Assembly: GCF_963921235.1 (NCBI RefSeq)
Contig: NC_086101.1
Location: 11,844,001-11,908,000 of the forward strand
Direction of reading: 5' to 3'
Length of the DNA: 64,000 nt
From: Mobula hypostoma
Lineage: Eukaryota
The notes beneath the pieces were generated by a model. That model was not told the origin of the DNA. It searched no databases and saw nothing but the letters and a program-made list of their open reading frames with translations. Shown here piece after piece: positions 51,701 to 64,000 of the stretch (position 1 is its first letter; every line of letters starts with the position of its first letter). A program made the translations under genes and the position numbers.

Positions 51701-53609
51701 ACCAAAGGAGGTGTAAGGTGCCCCTTCCCTCTGCTGGCCTGCAGGTCACCCTTGGACAAGGTGTAGCAGCTGATCAGGGTCATGGGAAGCCATGAGAACA
51801 GGCAATGGATGGTCATGTGCATATCATAACTCTTAGTTATGCCACCACTGACACCAGGCAGACCATCTCTGAAGAGTATTGATAATGGCCCGGGTCACCC
51901 ATCTTGTAAAGACACTGCACAGAAAAAGCCAATGGAAAACCACTTCTGTAGAAAGATTTGCCAAAAACAATATGGTCATGGAAAGACCATGATCGTCTAC
52001 ATTATACGAGACGGCACACAATAAATGAATAAGCATAATCGCATGGGAGAAGGTTCACCAGAATTGAGTACTTTAGTCATGAGGAGAGGGGAGGTTGGTT
52101 AGAAATGGGCAGCAAACAATATGTTGGAGGGTTGAGCAGCGTCTCTGGCAATTGTCGACGTTTCAGGTCCAAACCCTGCATCGGGACGATCTGAGTTTGT
52201 TTTCCTTGAAGCAGGGAGGGCTGAGGAGGGTTTTGGGTGGGCGCGGGAGTGCATGATTCAGGTTCACAACATTTTGAGGGGCATAGGACGTAGGAGCAGA
52301 ATTAGGCCATTCAGCCCATTAAGTTTGATCCACCATTCATTCATGGCTGATTTATTATCCCTCTCAACCCCAGTCTCTGCCTTCCCCCAATAACCTTTGA
52401 TGGTCATACTAATCAAGAACCTATCAACCTCCACTTTAAATATTCCCAATGATATTGTCTCCACAGTTATCTGTGACAATGAATTTCACAGATTCACCAC
52501 CCTCTGGCTAAAGAAAATCCTCCCTATTTCTGTTCTAAGGGGGCGTCCCTCAATAGTGAGGCTGATCCCTCTTGCCAACTGTAGGAAACCCTCTCCACAT
52601 CCACTCTATCTGGGTCTTTCAATATTCAGTAGGTTTCAAAGAGATTCCCCCCCACCCCCCCCCACCTCTCCATTCTTCTCAACTCCAGCAAGTCCAGGCC
52701 TCATAAACACTCCGCATAATTAACCCTTTAATTCCCGGAGTGATTCTCAAGAACCACCTCTGATCCCTAGCATGTATAGTGAGAAATTTTACCCCATAAT
52801 GGAGATATCTAGAAGCAAGGGGATGAGTTTAAAGGTGAGCAGTGAGTGCCCTTGTCGTAGAGTGATGAAGTCCCACAGCATGGAAATGGGCCCTTCTCAT
52901 CTATGTATTGCCCAGTGAGGTAGTCCTGTCTGCCTGCCTGCCTTTGGCCTATAGTTCTCTAAACCTGTCCTATCCATCTACTTACTTATCTCGATGGCTT
53001 TTACGTGTTGTTACTGCGCCTACCTTAATGATTGTTTTTGGCAGCTCATTCCAAATGCTTGTTTTATGTGAAGAAACTGCCCTAAATCTCTCACCTCTGA
53101 TCACCTTTACGCCCACTACCCTTTCCCGTAGAAAGGAGACTACGTGCAATGCCTCTCGTGATCCTAGATACCTCGATCTGGTCACCCCTCAATCTCCTCT
53201 TCCTGTAACTCTGCCTCCCAGGCCCAGGCAACATTGTTTCTGCACTCTTTTGAGTTTAATAACGTTTCCTATAACAATATGACCAAAACCTACACATTAC
53301 TTCAAGTTGGGCCCCACTATTTGACTCTCTCTTTGCACAATTTACTTATTTTTTAATTTTAAAAATTGTAACATAAAATATTTTTTTATTTGCTGCACTC
53401 CACCCACCACTGCTGCAAAACAATAAATTACGCAACCTGTATCAGTAAGAATAACCTGATTCTGATTCTCCAACGTAACTGCAAAATAACTTCCCACCTC
53501 CTATGTCCCGACTGATGAAGGCCACACTATCTACCTGAGACGCTGTTTTTAGTGAATCATGCACTCTCTGTTCCCATCACACTCCCCGGGGCCCTATGAT
53601 TCACTGTAT

Positions 53610-54180
53610 AAGTGTTGGCCTTCATTAGTTAAGGGTTTGAGTTCAAGAGCCAGGAGGTAATGCTGCAGCTCTGTAAGACCCTGGGTAGATTCCACCAAGG
53701 ACGGTCCCCAGCCCAGCTGGGAAAGGAGGAGGGTTGGGCATGGTACTAGCAACTCCATGCTGTAAAATCCCAGAGCCACAGAAACACCAACAGAAGCTCC
53801 AAAGACCTCATCGCTGGGAGAGGAAGGACCAAGAAGATGGGCTACATTTGAAAGACTGGCCCAGCGGAGTGGGCTCTGGCGGGCTGCTGTCGGTGACCTA
53901 TGCCCCAGCAGGGGTAATAGGCATAAGGAAGAAGGAAGACCACACTTGGAATATTGTGTTCCATTCTGGTGGCCTCATTATAGGAAGGATATGGAAGCTT
54001 TAGAGAGGGTGCAGAGGAGATTTACCTGGATGCGACCTGGACTAGAGAGCATGTCTTATGAATAAAGGTTGAGCAAGGCCTCTCTGGAGCTAAGGATGCT
54101 GGGAAATTACTTGATAAGAGGCATCAATCAGGTGGATAGCCACAGACTTTTTCCTGGTGTGGGGGGGAATGGCTAATACA
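53610..54180 (+). mobile_element. CR1 remnant with a nested RTE-like short element (about 53685-53940)
   Basis: CR1 sequence (gtaagaccctgg...gaccacacttgga) is split by ggaggagggttgggc...ctatgccccagcaggggt...gaagaagg. Confidence 0.6.
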
Positions 54181-54573
54181 ACGAAGGTCCTGCTGAAGGG
54201 TTTCAGCCCGAAATGTCGACTGTATTTCTTTCCATGGATGTAGGCTGTATTCATGCGATGTACTTTGTTCCGTGGCCTGCTGAGTTCCTCCAGCATTTTG
54301 TGTGTGTTGCTCAGATTTCCAGCATCTGCAGAATCTCTCTTGTTTGTGATTTGAACACAAGGGAGGTGATTGGAGGAAAGTCTTGGCCAATGAGGTGAAG
54401 GATAGCAGATGGGAAATAGGCTGGGTGCAATGATGCAGACCTGTAAACTCATCTCTTGACAGTGAAGGGTTCGTATTCAGCCCACTAATGCTGAGTACCA
54501 TGGTTCACATTTCATCATGAAGTAGCCTTGGTATTAATTAGTACTTGTGAGGCAGCCATGCCCTGATGGTATA

Positions 54574-55080
54574 CAGTACGGTGCAAAAGTCTTAGGCACA
54601 TATATGTAGCTAGGGTGCCTAAGACTTTTGCACAGTGCTGCATTTGTCAACGTGGAGCGGAGAGCAAGTTTGTAAATCTGGCTGGAGCAAAGGATGTTGG
54701 GGATGGTGAGAGTGGAGTGCTGCAGGAGGGATGTTGGACAGGTGGCAGAGAAGGAGTGCTGGGCACTGATGCAGATTCACCTAGCCCTAAGACATCAGAC
54801 TTACTGATCATTGCAGAATGTCTCCCTGGTGCTTCCCACTCCCTCCCCTCCCTTCCCTTTTTCCCAACCATGACTCCTCTCTCCCTCCCCCCTTCCCACC
54901 CTCCACCCACAATAGAGACCCATATCAGAATCAGGTTTATTATCATCACATATCTCATGAAATTAGCTTTTTTTGTGGCCGCAGTACAGAGTAATGCATA
55001 AAGTTATTACAGTACTGTGCAAAAGTCTTAGGCACCCTGTCTATATATATATACGTTTCCAAGGTTTTTGCAGAGCACTA
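54574..55080. mobile_element. Tc1-like MITE with self-palindromic termini
   Basis: cagtacggtgcaaaagtcttaggcac (54574-54599) is inverted at 54615-54640; the same hairpin recurs at 55010-55080; TA flanks. Confidence 0.75.
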
Positions 55081-56748
55081 TATGCCAGAAAGCTTGGCAA
55101 TCCACTGTATCAAGTGCCTTTGTCAAATCTATGAAAGTACAAGGGTTGACTTAAGAGAACATCAGACTCAATTCGAGTGATCACACCACTACTTTGTTCT
55201 GTCCTGATTTGATCTTCCAAAATGCCTGAGGTAGGCAATCATGGTCTTTGACTGTGATTGTTCCTGGTAAATGTTTCTACAGAAGAGATTTGCCATTGCC
55301 TTCTTCTGGGAAGTGTCTTTACAAGACAGGTGACCCCAGCCATAATCAATACGCTATGGAGATTGTCTGCCTTGCGTCAATTGTCTCATAACCAGGACTT
55401 GTGAAATACACCGGCGACTCATTCGACTATCCACCACTTGCTCCTATGGCTTCAAGTGACCCTGATTGGGGGGGTGGGGGGCACTAAGCAGGTGGTACAA
55501 CTTGCCCAAGGGTGGCCTACGCTTTATGGTTGGGGCACCTCACACCTCCTTTGGTAGAGACGTATCTCCACCTCACCACCCAGACGGTACAAAATATACA
55601 AAGAGAAAAATGTGTATTTAATTAGTTTATTGAATATATTCTGAACACAAAGCAAAGCACTGGAGAGACTCAGCAGGTCAGGCAGCAACTGCAGAAGGAA
55701 ATGGACCACCAGTGTTATGGGTCGAAACCTGAAATGTCGATTGTCCATTTTCCTCCATAGAAGCTGCCTGACCCCCTGAGTTCATAATCAGAATCATTTA
55801 TTATCACAGCAGCAGTACAAGGATGTAAAGTTGCTATCTATTAAGAGAAGAAACAATTGAGAAAGAAGGAATAAGGAAGAAGTGTTCATGGGTTTATGGA
55901 ACATTCATAAATCTGATGGCAGAGGGGAAGAAGCTGTTCCTGAATCATTGAGCGTGTGTCTTCAGGCTTCTTAACCTTCTCCCTGATGGTAGTAATGAGA
56001 AGGGGGCATGTCCGGAGTGAAAGTAGTCCTTAATGATGGATGTTGCCCTTTTGAGGGATTGCCTTTTGAAGATGTCCTTGGTGGAGGGGAGCCTGGTGCT
56101 GTGATGAGTGCATAACTCTCTGCAGCCCCTTACGATCCTGTGCATTTGGGTCCTCCATACCAGAGAGGGTTGCAACCAGTCAGAAAGCACTCCATGGTAC
56201 ATCTACAGAAACTTGCGATAGTGTTGGGTGACATACAAAATCTTCTGAAACTCCTAATGAATTAGCATCTTCATGACTACATCAATGTGTTGGGCCAAGG
56301 ATACGTTCTTTGAGATGTTGACACCCAGGATCTTGCAGATGCTCCAGGATCTGCAATCTTTTCCATCTCCATACTGTGAATAAAGTATTAGATTATAAGG
56401 ACACGCAGTCCTCTTTTATTGTTATTTAGTAATGCATGCATTAAGAAGTGATACAAGGTTCCTCCAGAATGATATCAAATATGATAAAAACAAGACAAAC
56501 CAAGACTAAAAAAATCTGACAAAAACCACATAATTATAACATATAGTTACAACAGTGGAAAGCAATACTGTAACTTGATAAAGAACAGACCATGGGCATG
56601 GTAAAAAAAAAGTCTCAAAGTCTCTCGAAAGTCCCATCATCTCACGCAGACGTTAGAAAGAAGAGAAACTCTCTTCCTGCCATGAGCTTCCAGTGTCGTA
56701 AACTTGCCGATGCAGCACCCTGGAAGCACCCGACCACAGCTGACTCTT

Positions 56749-58920
56749 TCTTTCTTTCTTTTTAAATCTTTTTATTGAGTAAGTATACAAAAAAGGTAAG
56801 CCATATAAACATTAATACAATGTTAAAGTACAATAAAATTCCAAAAGATAACAATACCAAAAAGAAAATACTACAAACAATGTAATTTAAGCATAAGAAA
56901 CCAAGATAACATAATAGTATACTAGATTTTATATATATCAATGGAAAAAAAAAAGAAAAAAAAAACCCCCCAAAAAAAAACCCACCGTGCAACTACCTAA
57001 AAGCAAAGCAAAGCAATGGGCTAACTTGAAACCAAACAGAGTTAAACTTAAAATCACGTCCTCAATCCCGACCTCCATTAAAACAGTGAAAAAAAAACAA
57101 GAAGGGTAAATATTACATTAAATGAAAATATCGAATAAAAGGTCCCCAAATCTGTTCAAATTTAAATGAAGAATCATAAAGGTTACTTCTAATTTTCTCC
57201 AGATTCAAACATAAAATCGTCTGAGAAAACCAAAAAAAGGTAGTTGGAGCATTAAGCTCTTTCCAATGTTGTAAAATACATCTTTTCGCCATTAAAGTAA
57301 GAAATGCAATCATTCTACGGGCTGAAGGGGAAAGATTACTAGAAATTTTAGGTAGTCCAAAGATAGCAGTAATAGGGTGAGGAGAGATATCTATATTTAA
57401 TACCTTAGAAATAATATTGAAAATATCTCTCCAAAAAGTTTCCAAAGTAGGGCAAGACCAAAACATATGAGTTAAAGAGGCTATCTGCCCCGAACATCTA
57501 TCACAGAAAGGATTAATATGCGAGTAAAAACGCGCTAACTTATCTTTGGACATATGTGCTCTATGAACCACTTTAAATTGAATTAGGGAATGTTTAGCAC
57601 AAATAGAGGAAGTATTAACTAATTGTAAAATCTGCCCCCAATCATCCACAGAAATGGTAAGCCCCAATTCCTGTTCCCAATCTACCCTAATCTTATCAAA
57701 TGGAGCTTTCCTAAGTTTCATAATAATATTATAAATCATAGCCGATGCACCTTTCTGACATGGATTAAGGTTAATTATCGAATCTAAAATATATATAGGA
57801 GGAAGCATTGGAAAGGAAGAAAGTATAGTACTTAGGAAATTTCTAACTTGTAAATATCTAAAAAAATGTATTCTTGATAAGTTATATTTATTAGATAATT
57901 GTTCAAAAGACATAAGGGAACCATCTAAAAATAAATCCAAAAACCGTAAAATACCCTTAGTCTTCCAAGTTTGAAAAGCGCGATCCGTAAAAGAGGGAGG
58001 AAAAAATATGTTGCCTAAAATAGGAATCGCTAACCCGAATTGATTAAGATCAAAAAATTTTCTGAATTGAAACCAAATGCGCAAAGCATATTTAACTATC
58101 GGGTTAGAGACCTGCTTAAGGCGTTTCGAATCAAAAGGAAGAGAGGAACCTAAAATAGAACCAAGTGTATAACCCTGAACAGATTGTAATTCCAATGCTA
58201 CCCATTTAGGAATAGATAGTATGTCCCGGTCAAGTAACCAAAATTTCATATGTCGAATATTAATAGCCCAATAATAAAATCTAAAGTTAGGTAATGCTAA
58301 ACCTCCATCTCTCTTAGCTTTCTGTAAATGTATTTTACCCAGTCTCGGATTCTTATTCTGCCAAATAAATGAAGAAATTTTAGAGTCAACTTTATCAAAA
58401 AAAGATTTAGGAACGAAAATTGGTAATGCCTGAAACACATATAAAAATTTTGGCAAAAAAAACATCTTAACTGCATTAATACGACCAATCAAAGTTAAAT
58501 ATAAGGGAAACCATTTAGATGAAAGTTGAGTAATATGGTCTATTAATGGTAAAAAGTTAGTCTTAAATAAATCTTTATGTTTACAAGTAATTTTAATCCC
58601 AAGATATGAAAAGTAATTATTAATCAATTTAAATGGAAATTTATAATATAAGGGAAGATGTTTATTAATCGGAAAAAGTTCACTCTTACTAAGATTTAAT
58701 TTATAACCTGAGAAAAGACCAAATTGTGCTAATAACTCTAAAACAGCAGGAATGGATCTCTCAGGATTAGAAATATATAAAAGTAAATCATCAGCATAGA
58801 GTGATAATTTATGGGACTTTAATCCCCGAGTTATCCCAGTAATATTTGAAGATTCTCGAATAGCAATTGCAAGAGGTTCTAATGCAATATCAAATAATAG
58901 GGGACTAAGAGGACAGCCTT
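56749..58920 (-). mobile_element. Young 5'-truncated L1 with an uninterrupted ORF2 remnant (RT C-half to stop)
   Basis: Frame is open from 58918 (GCPLSPLLF...SLYADDLLLY) to the stop at 57113, about 600 codons; 11-bp TSD agctgactctt (56738-56748, 58921-58931). Confidence 0.95.
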
Positions 58921-61379
58921 AGCTGACTCTTGAGTCTGTCTGAAAACTTTGAGCCTCCGACCGGCACTCCGACACCGAGCACCATCTCTGCCGAGCACTT
59001 CAACCCCAGCCCCAGCAACAGGCAATAGGCAAAGCCGAGGATTTGTGGCCTTCCCCTCCAGAGATTCTCGATCGCACAGTAGCAGCGGCAGCGAAGCGGG
59101 CATTTCAGAAGTTTCTCCAGATGTTCCCCTGTGCTTCTCACATCTGTCTCCATCAAATCAGGATTGTGCACGGTACCTACTTCACAAATACGATATCATT
59201 TTGGAGCGGCCACGCACGCTGCGTCACGCCGCCATCTTCTCCTCCTGTTTGAAGTATATGTTTGATATAAAAAGTACTGCATCTCGTTCTTTTTCCAGAA
59301 AGAAAATAGAGCTTTTTAAAATGATGGGAGGTGTTGATGTAGTGTACAATGAGAGGTGCCATCAATGTACAGTAATCACAAGTAAATCCAATCAGGATTT
59401 CAGAAGGAATCTTTTAACCAAAGATCAGTGAGAATGTGGATCACTCTTCCTCAAGGAGCACGAGGTGATTAATGTGAATGAATTTAAAGGGAGGCCAGAC
59501 AAGAATTTGAAGAGGAGAGATCAGGGGGTGATAACAATAATTTTAAGTAAGAAATACATAAGATTTATGTATCTATTTATTCACTTAGAGATACAGCGTG
59601 AAACACCAGCCTAATGAGCCATACCAGCCAGCAACCCTAGCCTAATCACAGGAGTGTCTACAATGACCAAAGAGTGACTTCAAAGTGAATTTTATTATCA
59701 AGGTACATATGTGTCACCATATATATAGGCATCCGTTAGTCTAGTGAAACCATGGATTTGCGCCTTGGAAGGTTCCCAGGGCACAGGCCTGGGCAATGTT
59801 GCAGGGAAGATTGGCAGTTACCCATGCTGCAAGTCTCCCCTCTCCACGGCACTGCAAGGACACAACAACTACCTCAGCCAAGGCTCGAACTAGCAACCTT
59901 CAGATCACCAGATGAACATCTTAACCACTCGGCCATGCGCCAACACAGCCCTGAGATTCATTTTTGTCAGCATATTCAGCAAATCTATATAATAGTAACT
60001 ATAACAGGATCAGTGAAAAATCAACCAGAATGCACAAGGCAATAAACTGTGCAAGGCAAATATAAATAAATAACAATAAATAAAGAGAATGTGAGATAAT
60101 GAAACCAATTAACCAACTTTGGAACGTGGGAGGAAACTGGTGCACCCAGTGGAAAGCCACATGGCCATGGGGAAAAGGTACAAACTTGGAGATAGTGCCT
60201 GAATTGAAATCAAGACACCAGTGCCTCGAGCTGTACTAGTGTGGCCCGAGCCGCTATACTACTGTGATGCCCCTATAGCGGTGGAGGCATGGAAGACCTT
60301 TGCCAATGAGGGTTAGAGGCAGATCCATCAGGGACATTGAAGAACCTCTTAAGGGGGCACATGGATGATGGAGATCAAGTGCTATGTGTTAGATTGATCT
60401 TAAGAGTAGGGTTAAAGATTGTCACAACATTGCGGCACATCGATGACAGTAAAATGGAGGGAGGGTTAGATTAATCGTAGAGTAGGTTAAAGATCGGCAT
60501 AACATAAAGAGCGTTTGCTGTGCTGTAATTGTTCTATAGCTTTACTGGAGGATACGCGAAGGGGCTGAATAACCCATGAAAGTTCCAAATACACTGCGTG
60601 ACGCCTCCACAGGTCTTGCAGGTGCTAATAAATTCAGGAAAGATCTGGGGAACAATTCTTTATTCAAAGGGTGAGAGAACTTCAGAACTTCTTCCCAAAT
60701 TTTCAATAATGCTTAGTCAATTGTTCCTTTCAAATGCTCTAATTATTAACAGTAAGGGGAACAAGAAAAAGGCTGGTAAATGGAGTGAATTCATAGTTCA
60801 TCCAGAAACCACTTGACGGCCTAGGGCTACCCTGTGTTCCTACGATGTCTGACAAGTTCTTCTAACAAAGCTCAAAATTCCATCAGTTTTTTAAATCATT
60901 CATTTTCGTCGCCACAGCGGAAGGATATCGAAGTACGTGTCTCATTTCAAAGATGTTTTATTCATGCAATTTGCAAAGGCAATGCATTCTTACGTCACTA
61001 TTCGTAGTACAACAGATTGAAATCGTCCCGCACAACGCACGGTTGGATAACTCGTTCTACTTTATTAATCTTACATACGTTGATATCTGTCTCAGAAAAT
61101 AGGAGGGATGTGGCAGGAAACATGGAAAACAGCCACCATCCCGTGTTTTAACAATAACCGGCTCATTCAATCACAATAAAGTAGAAAGGATGGTGGCAAT
61201 GACGTCTGATTAACCTGTTCTCGGCCACATTCAGCAGTATTAAAAGAAATTGCATCTTAACCACAGGGAGAACTGGACTTGACTTCACAAAACCAGCGCG
61301 TCTGAACACAAAAGCACCCAAGTCGCACATGTGGACCCGAGGGTCGATAGAAAGAATGCCCCACGACTCCCGGGCACCC

Positions 61380-61510
61380 GACATGACGTCACCCGGTTAA
61401 TTACTGCAACACTTTGCGTCCAATAGCGGAGCCGCTGCAACCTCACGTGCTCACCACGGTCCAATAGGAAGGGGTGCCTCGTTGTGGTGGCGCCACCGCG
61501 TTTATAAGCT
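61380..61510 (+). promoter_or_regulatory. Beta-tubulin proximal promoter
   Basis: CRE TGACGTCA 61384-61391; CCAAT 61420-61424 and 61461-61465; E-box CACGTG 61444-61449; TATA-like tttataag 61501-61508; CpG-rich; about 105 bp upstream of the ATG. Confidence 0.75.
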
Positions 61511-61611
61511 TTGTTGGGAGCCGGCTTCGGGAACTGTTAGCAGCGCAGTTACTCTGTAACGACCAGATATTCATTGCAAGCTTCTTTTAAAAAAAAGTTA
61601 ATAAGTTTACC

Positions 61612-61668
61612 ATGCGGGAGATCGTGCACGTACAAGCTGGGCAATGTGGCAACCAGATCGGGGCCAAG
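61612..61668 (+). CDS. TUBB: Beta-tubulin coding exon 1 (MREIVHVQAGQCGNQIGAK); the rest of the gene lies beyond the window
   Basis: accATG Kozak context; 57-nt exon ending AAG|gtaaat at the conserved vertebrate beta-tubulin intron-1 position; isotype cannot be determined. Confidence 0.95.
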
Positions 61669-62599
61669 GTAAATATGTATCCGTGACATTTACTATGGTA
61701 TTTTTTAATCCCCACCATTGATACATATTTGCATACAATAGCCTTGCTGTGGAAATTTTGTAATTAAAGAATATCATTTGTTTTGATAAATATATTATTG
61801 AAGCTTCCAATGAAAAGCTGATTTGTCTGGAAGGCTTTTTGCTAAAATACATCACAGGTGTCGATTTACACGTGGGTGAGGCAGTAGCACCGTTGGAATT
61901 TGAAACGCAAATGCTTTATCAATCGGTGTCTGCTTGAAAATAGTCCACGTAAACCTGGGACGAAATACGGATAAAACTATTAATGCGGCTTATTAAAGCT
62001 ATGAAAGTAATTAATCCTCGGTATAGATCATCGCGACCTGCAGCTCCTCGAGAGTGCATTTTGCAAAATTTTATTTTTCGGGCTTTTCAGTTATTGTCAA
62101 AAACTATCGAACGATAATTATCGCGATTTTGAGGTAATTAGTGGAAAGATTGTTAAACAGTAACCGCAGCGACATTGCAATTGAGGTATTTTTGACTTTT
62201 TTAAAAAGAGCTGCGGGAAAGGAGTAAATGGAAATGGAAAATTCTCGTCTCAGTACGCCACCCTCTCGACGAGGCGCGGCGCAGATGCTGGAGGAAAATC
62301 TAGGATACCATTTCTCTGCTTTTTAAACGCACAAGGATGACTAATTAGTTTTGAGAAACATCCAGGTTCCTTGCATTAGAGTGAATGGAAAGGGAGTACT
62401 TGGGAAAAAATTGGAGTTCCTTTGTTGAATTTTTGTAAGTGGGGGAGGGGCAGTGCATGAAAGAAATCGCCCTCCTGATACAGCCGGGGATAGGAAATGC
62501 ATTCCAATCCTCGGGGGTGGTCGAGCCATTATTTTGTGCTTGCAACCCGATCTGAGATTTTCTTTTGCATTTTTGAAGTGGAGGGGAAGTAACTGTAGT

Positions 62600-62830
62600 A
62601 ATTTGCATTAATTGGATTGGTCGGAGTGCGTTGGAGGGAATCGCACCCGTTGCGGGCGCGCCAATAAGTGCATTAGCCAATGGAGTAAACGGAATGTGGC
62701 GCCAAACGGTTGGTATTTCGAATTTAAATCCTGTCCAGAAGAGCGCCCGTCTTCCGCTCTCCCCCCTCCCCCGCGATCCGGCTGCTATCAAAGGCATGGG
62801 GCTTGCGCGTTTTCTTGCTGCAGCCATGAA
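62600..62830. promoter_or_regulatory. CpG-rich promoter/enhancer-like element in tubulin intron 1
   Basis: Octamer ATTTGCAT 62601-62608; four CCAAT/ATTGG; GGCGCCAAA 62698-62706; TTCGAA and TTTAAA 62717-62728. Confidence 0.5.
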
Positions 62831-64000
62831 TGATTAAATACGTTCAATCCCCAAGGCGGTGCGGTTGACCCTGGGATAAAGGTTTTGCAAATTTAAATAT
62901 TTTTTGCTTAGTCGGTGTTTTTTTTCAAGGTGGAAGAAAACGTGAGCGGCTTTTTTTGCTGAAACTTGAGTTTGATGGATTGATCAGTGCGGTGACTGTT
63001 AACCAGAATGCTGCAGTGCATATAAGTTGCACCTTTCACATAAATTCATTTTGTATACAACTATTGCCCATCCTCCGGAAAAAGCGCCAGAGGTTTTGCA
63101 ACACGTGTTCATTCAGACCTCATTGCTATAGTAATTACTTTACGTTTTATTTAATAATACCTTGTTCGTTCCTTACGCCGAATTTTTTTTACATAATTCT
63201 GAATAGTTCCTATTTGAGGTAGCCAGTTCCCTTTTTTGAAAGTAGCTGTTGAATAGACCAGTGAAACTAATAAATGATCTGTAAGACAAGATTTTGTGTA
63301 CGTATATATTGAACTGTCAGACTTGTAGTTCTTACACTCTCCACTAATGTCCGCTAACCTCCCCTTCATTTGGTGAAGAATTAATCTTATTACTTGAATT
63401 TCTCCAAACTAGTTTTAAGACATTATGAAATTCATAAAATGTCTGTGGGTAAAAAGCTTGAGGCTTGAATCTTTCTGGTTGGAGCATAGATTCTTGAAGG
63501 TCACTACAGTTACCATTGGGGCTGGGCAGTATCTTACATTCCAGAAAATAAAAAAAAAAACTCCTGTGGAAGATGTATATTCGAGTAATTATTATGGGAT
63601 GCTCGAATGCTTTAATTCAGAACAATGGTGAATGTGCACAAGAATTGAAAGTCTAATCACAGAGCTTTTGTTCTGTTACCCCACCCGATGCGTTTGTGAG
63701 ATCTGCTCCAGCCAGTGCGCAAACACGGGCTTGAGAACGTGTTAATGAGTTAGAACCTTAGGGATATGACGAGTAGGAAATGAGGGGGGTATATAAATGT
63801 GTATTTACTGTAATTTCTATCTTTATTTTGTATTGCATTGTGCGATATTTCAAATTGGTGCCCGTGATATTAAACCTGATTGTGATAGTCTATTTTGGAC
63901 CCACCCATCTCGGAGTGGAAGTCCACAATGAGTAATGTTGATAGTCACAGCATGTGGTGAGTTGGTTTCAGTGTGTCAGTTGCTTGTGGAAATGAAAAGG

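Noticed and set aside
58879..59431. Several ORFs next to the L1
   Set aside because: They lie within the non-coding host retroposon
62345..62827. 160-aa antisense ORF in the tubulin intron
   Set aside because: No recognisable homology; explained by CpG-rich composition
63425..63631. Search for beta-tubulin exon 2
   Set aside because: No FWEVISDEHGID-coding sequence in the window; this ORF is unrelated

Overview
Repeat-dense vertebrate genomic DNA. The mix of CR1, Penelope, L1/Tx1, Nimb, Tc1, Harbinger and tRNA-SINE repeats suggests a cartilaginous fish such as a ray; this is an inference. Three host genes are visible. (1) The 3' end of a TRIM gene on +: a 23-bp micro-exon, a 116-bp exon and a terminal PRY-SPRY/B30.2 exon. 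(2) An intronless, divergent claudin on -. (3) The promoter and coding exon 1 of a beta-tubulin on +. Most other ORFs in the track are transposon fragments or spurious. The most interesting signals are: minimal type I hammerhead-ribozyme cores (CUGANGA...GAAACGUC) carried by Penelope-derived short elements, one lying 24 nt after the claudin stop codon on the mRNA strand; a duplicated orphan TATA + NF-kB-like promoter block; a promoter-like CCAAT/E2F/CHR island inside the tubulin intron; a GGTTAA-cored degenerate array; and several cleanly bounded transposon relics (two solo LTRs, Harbinger and hAT MITEs, a MITE with palindromic termini, young L1 copies).
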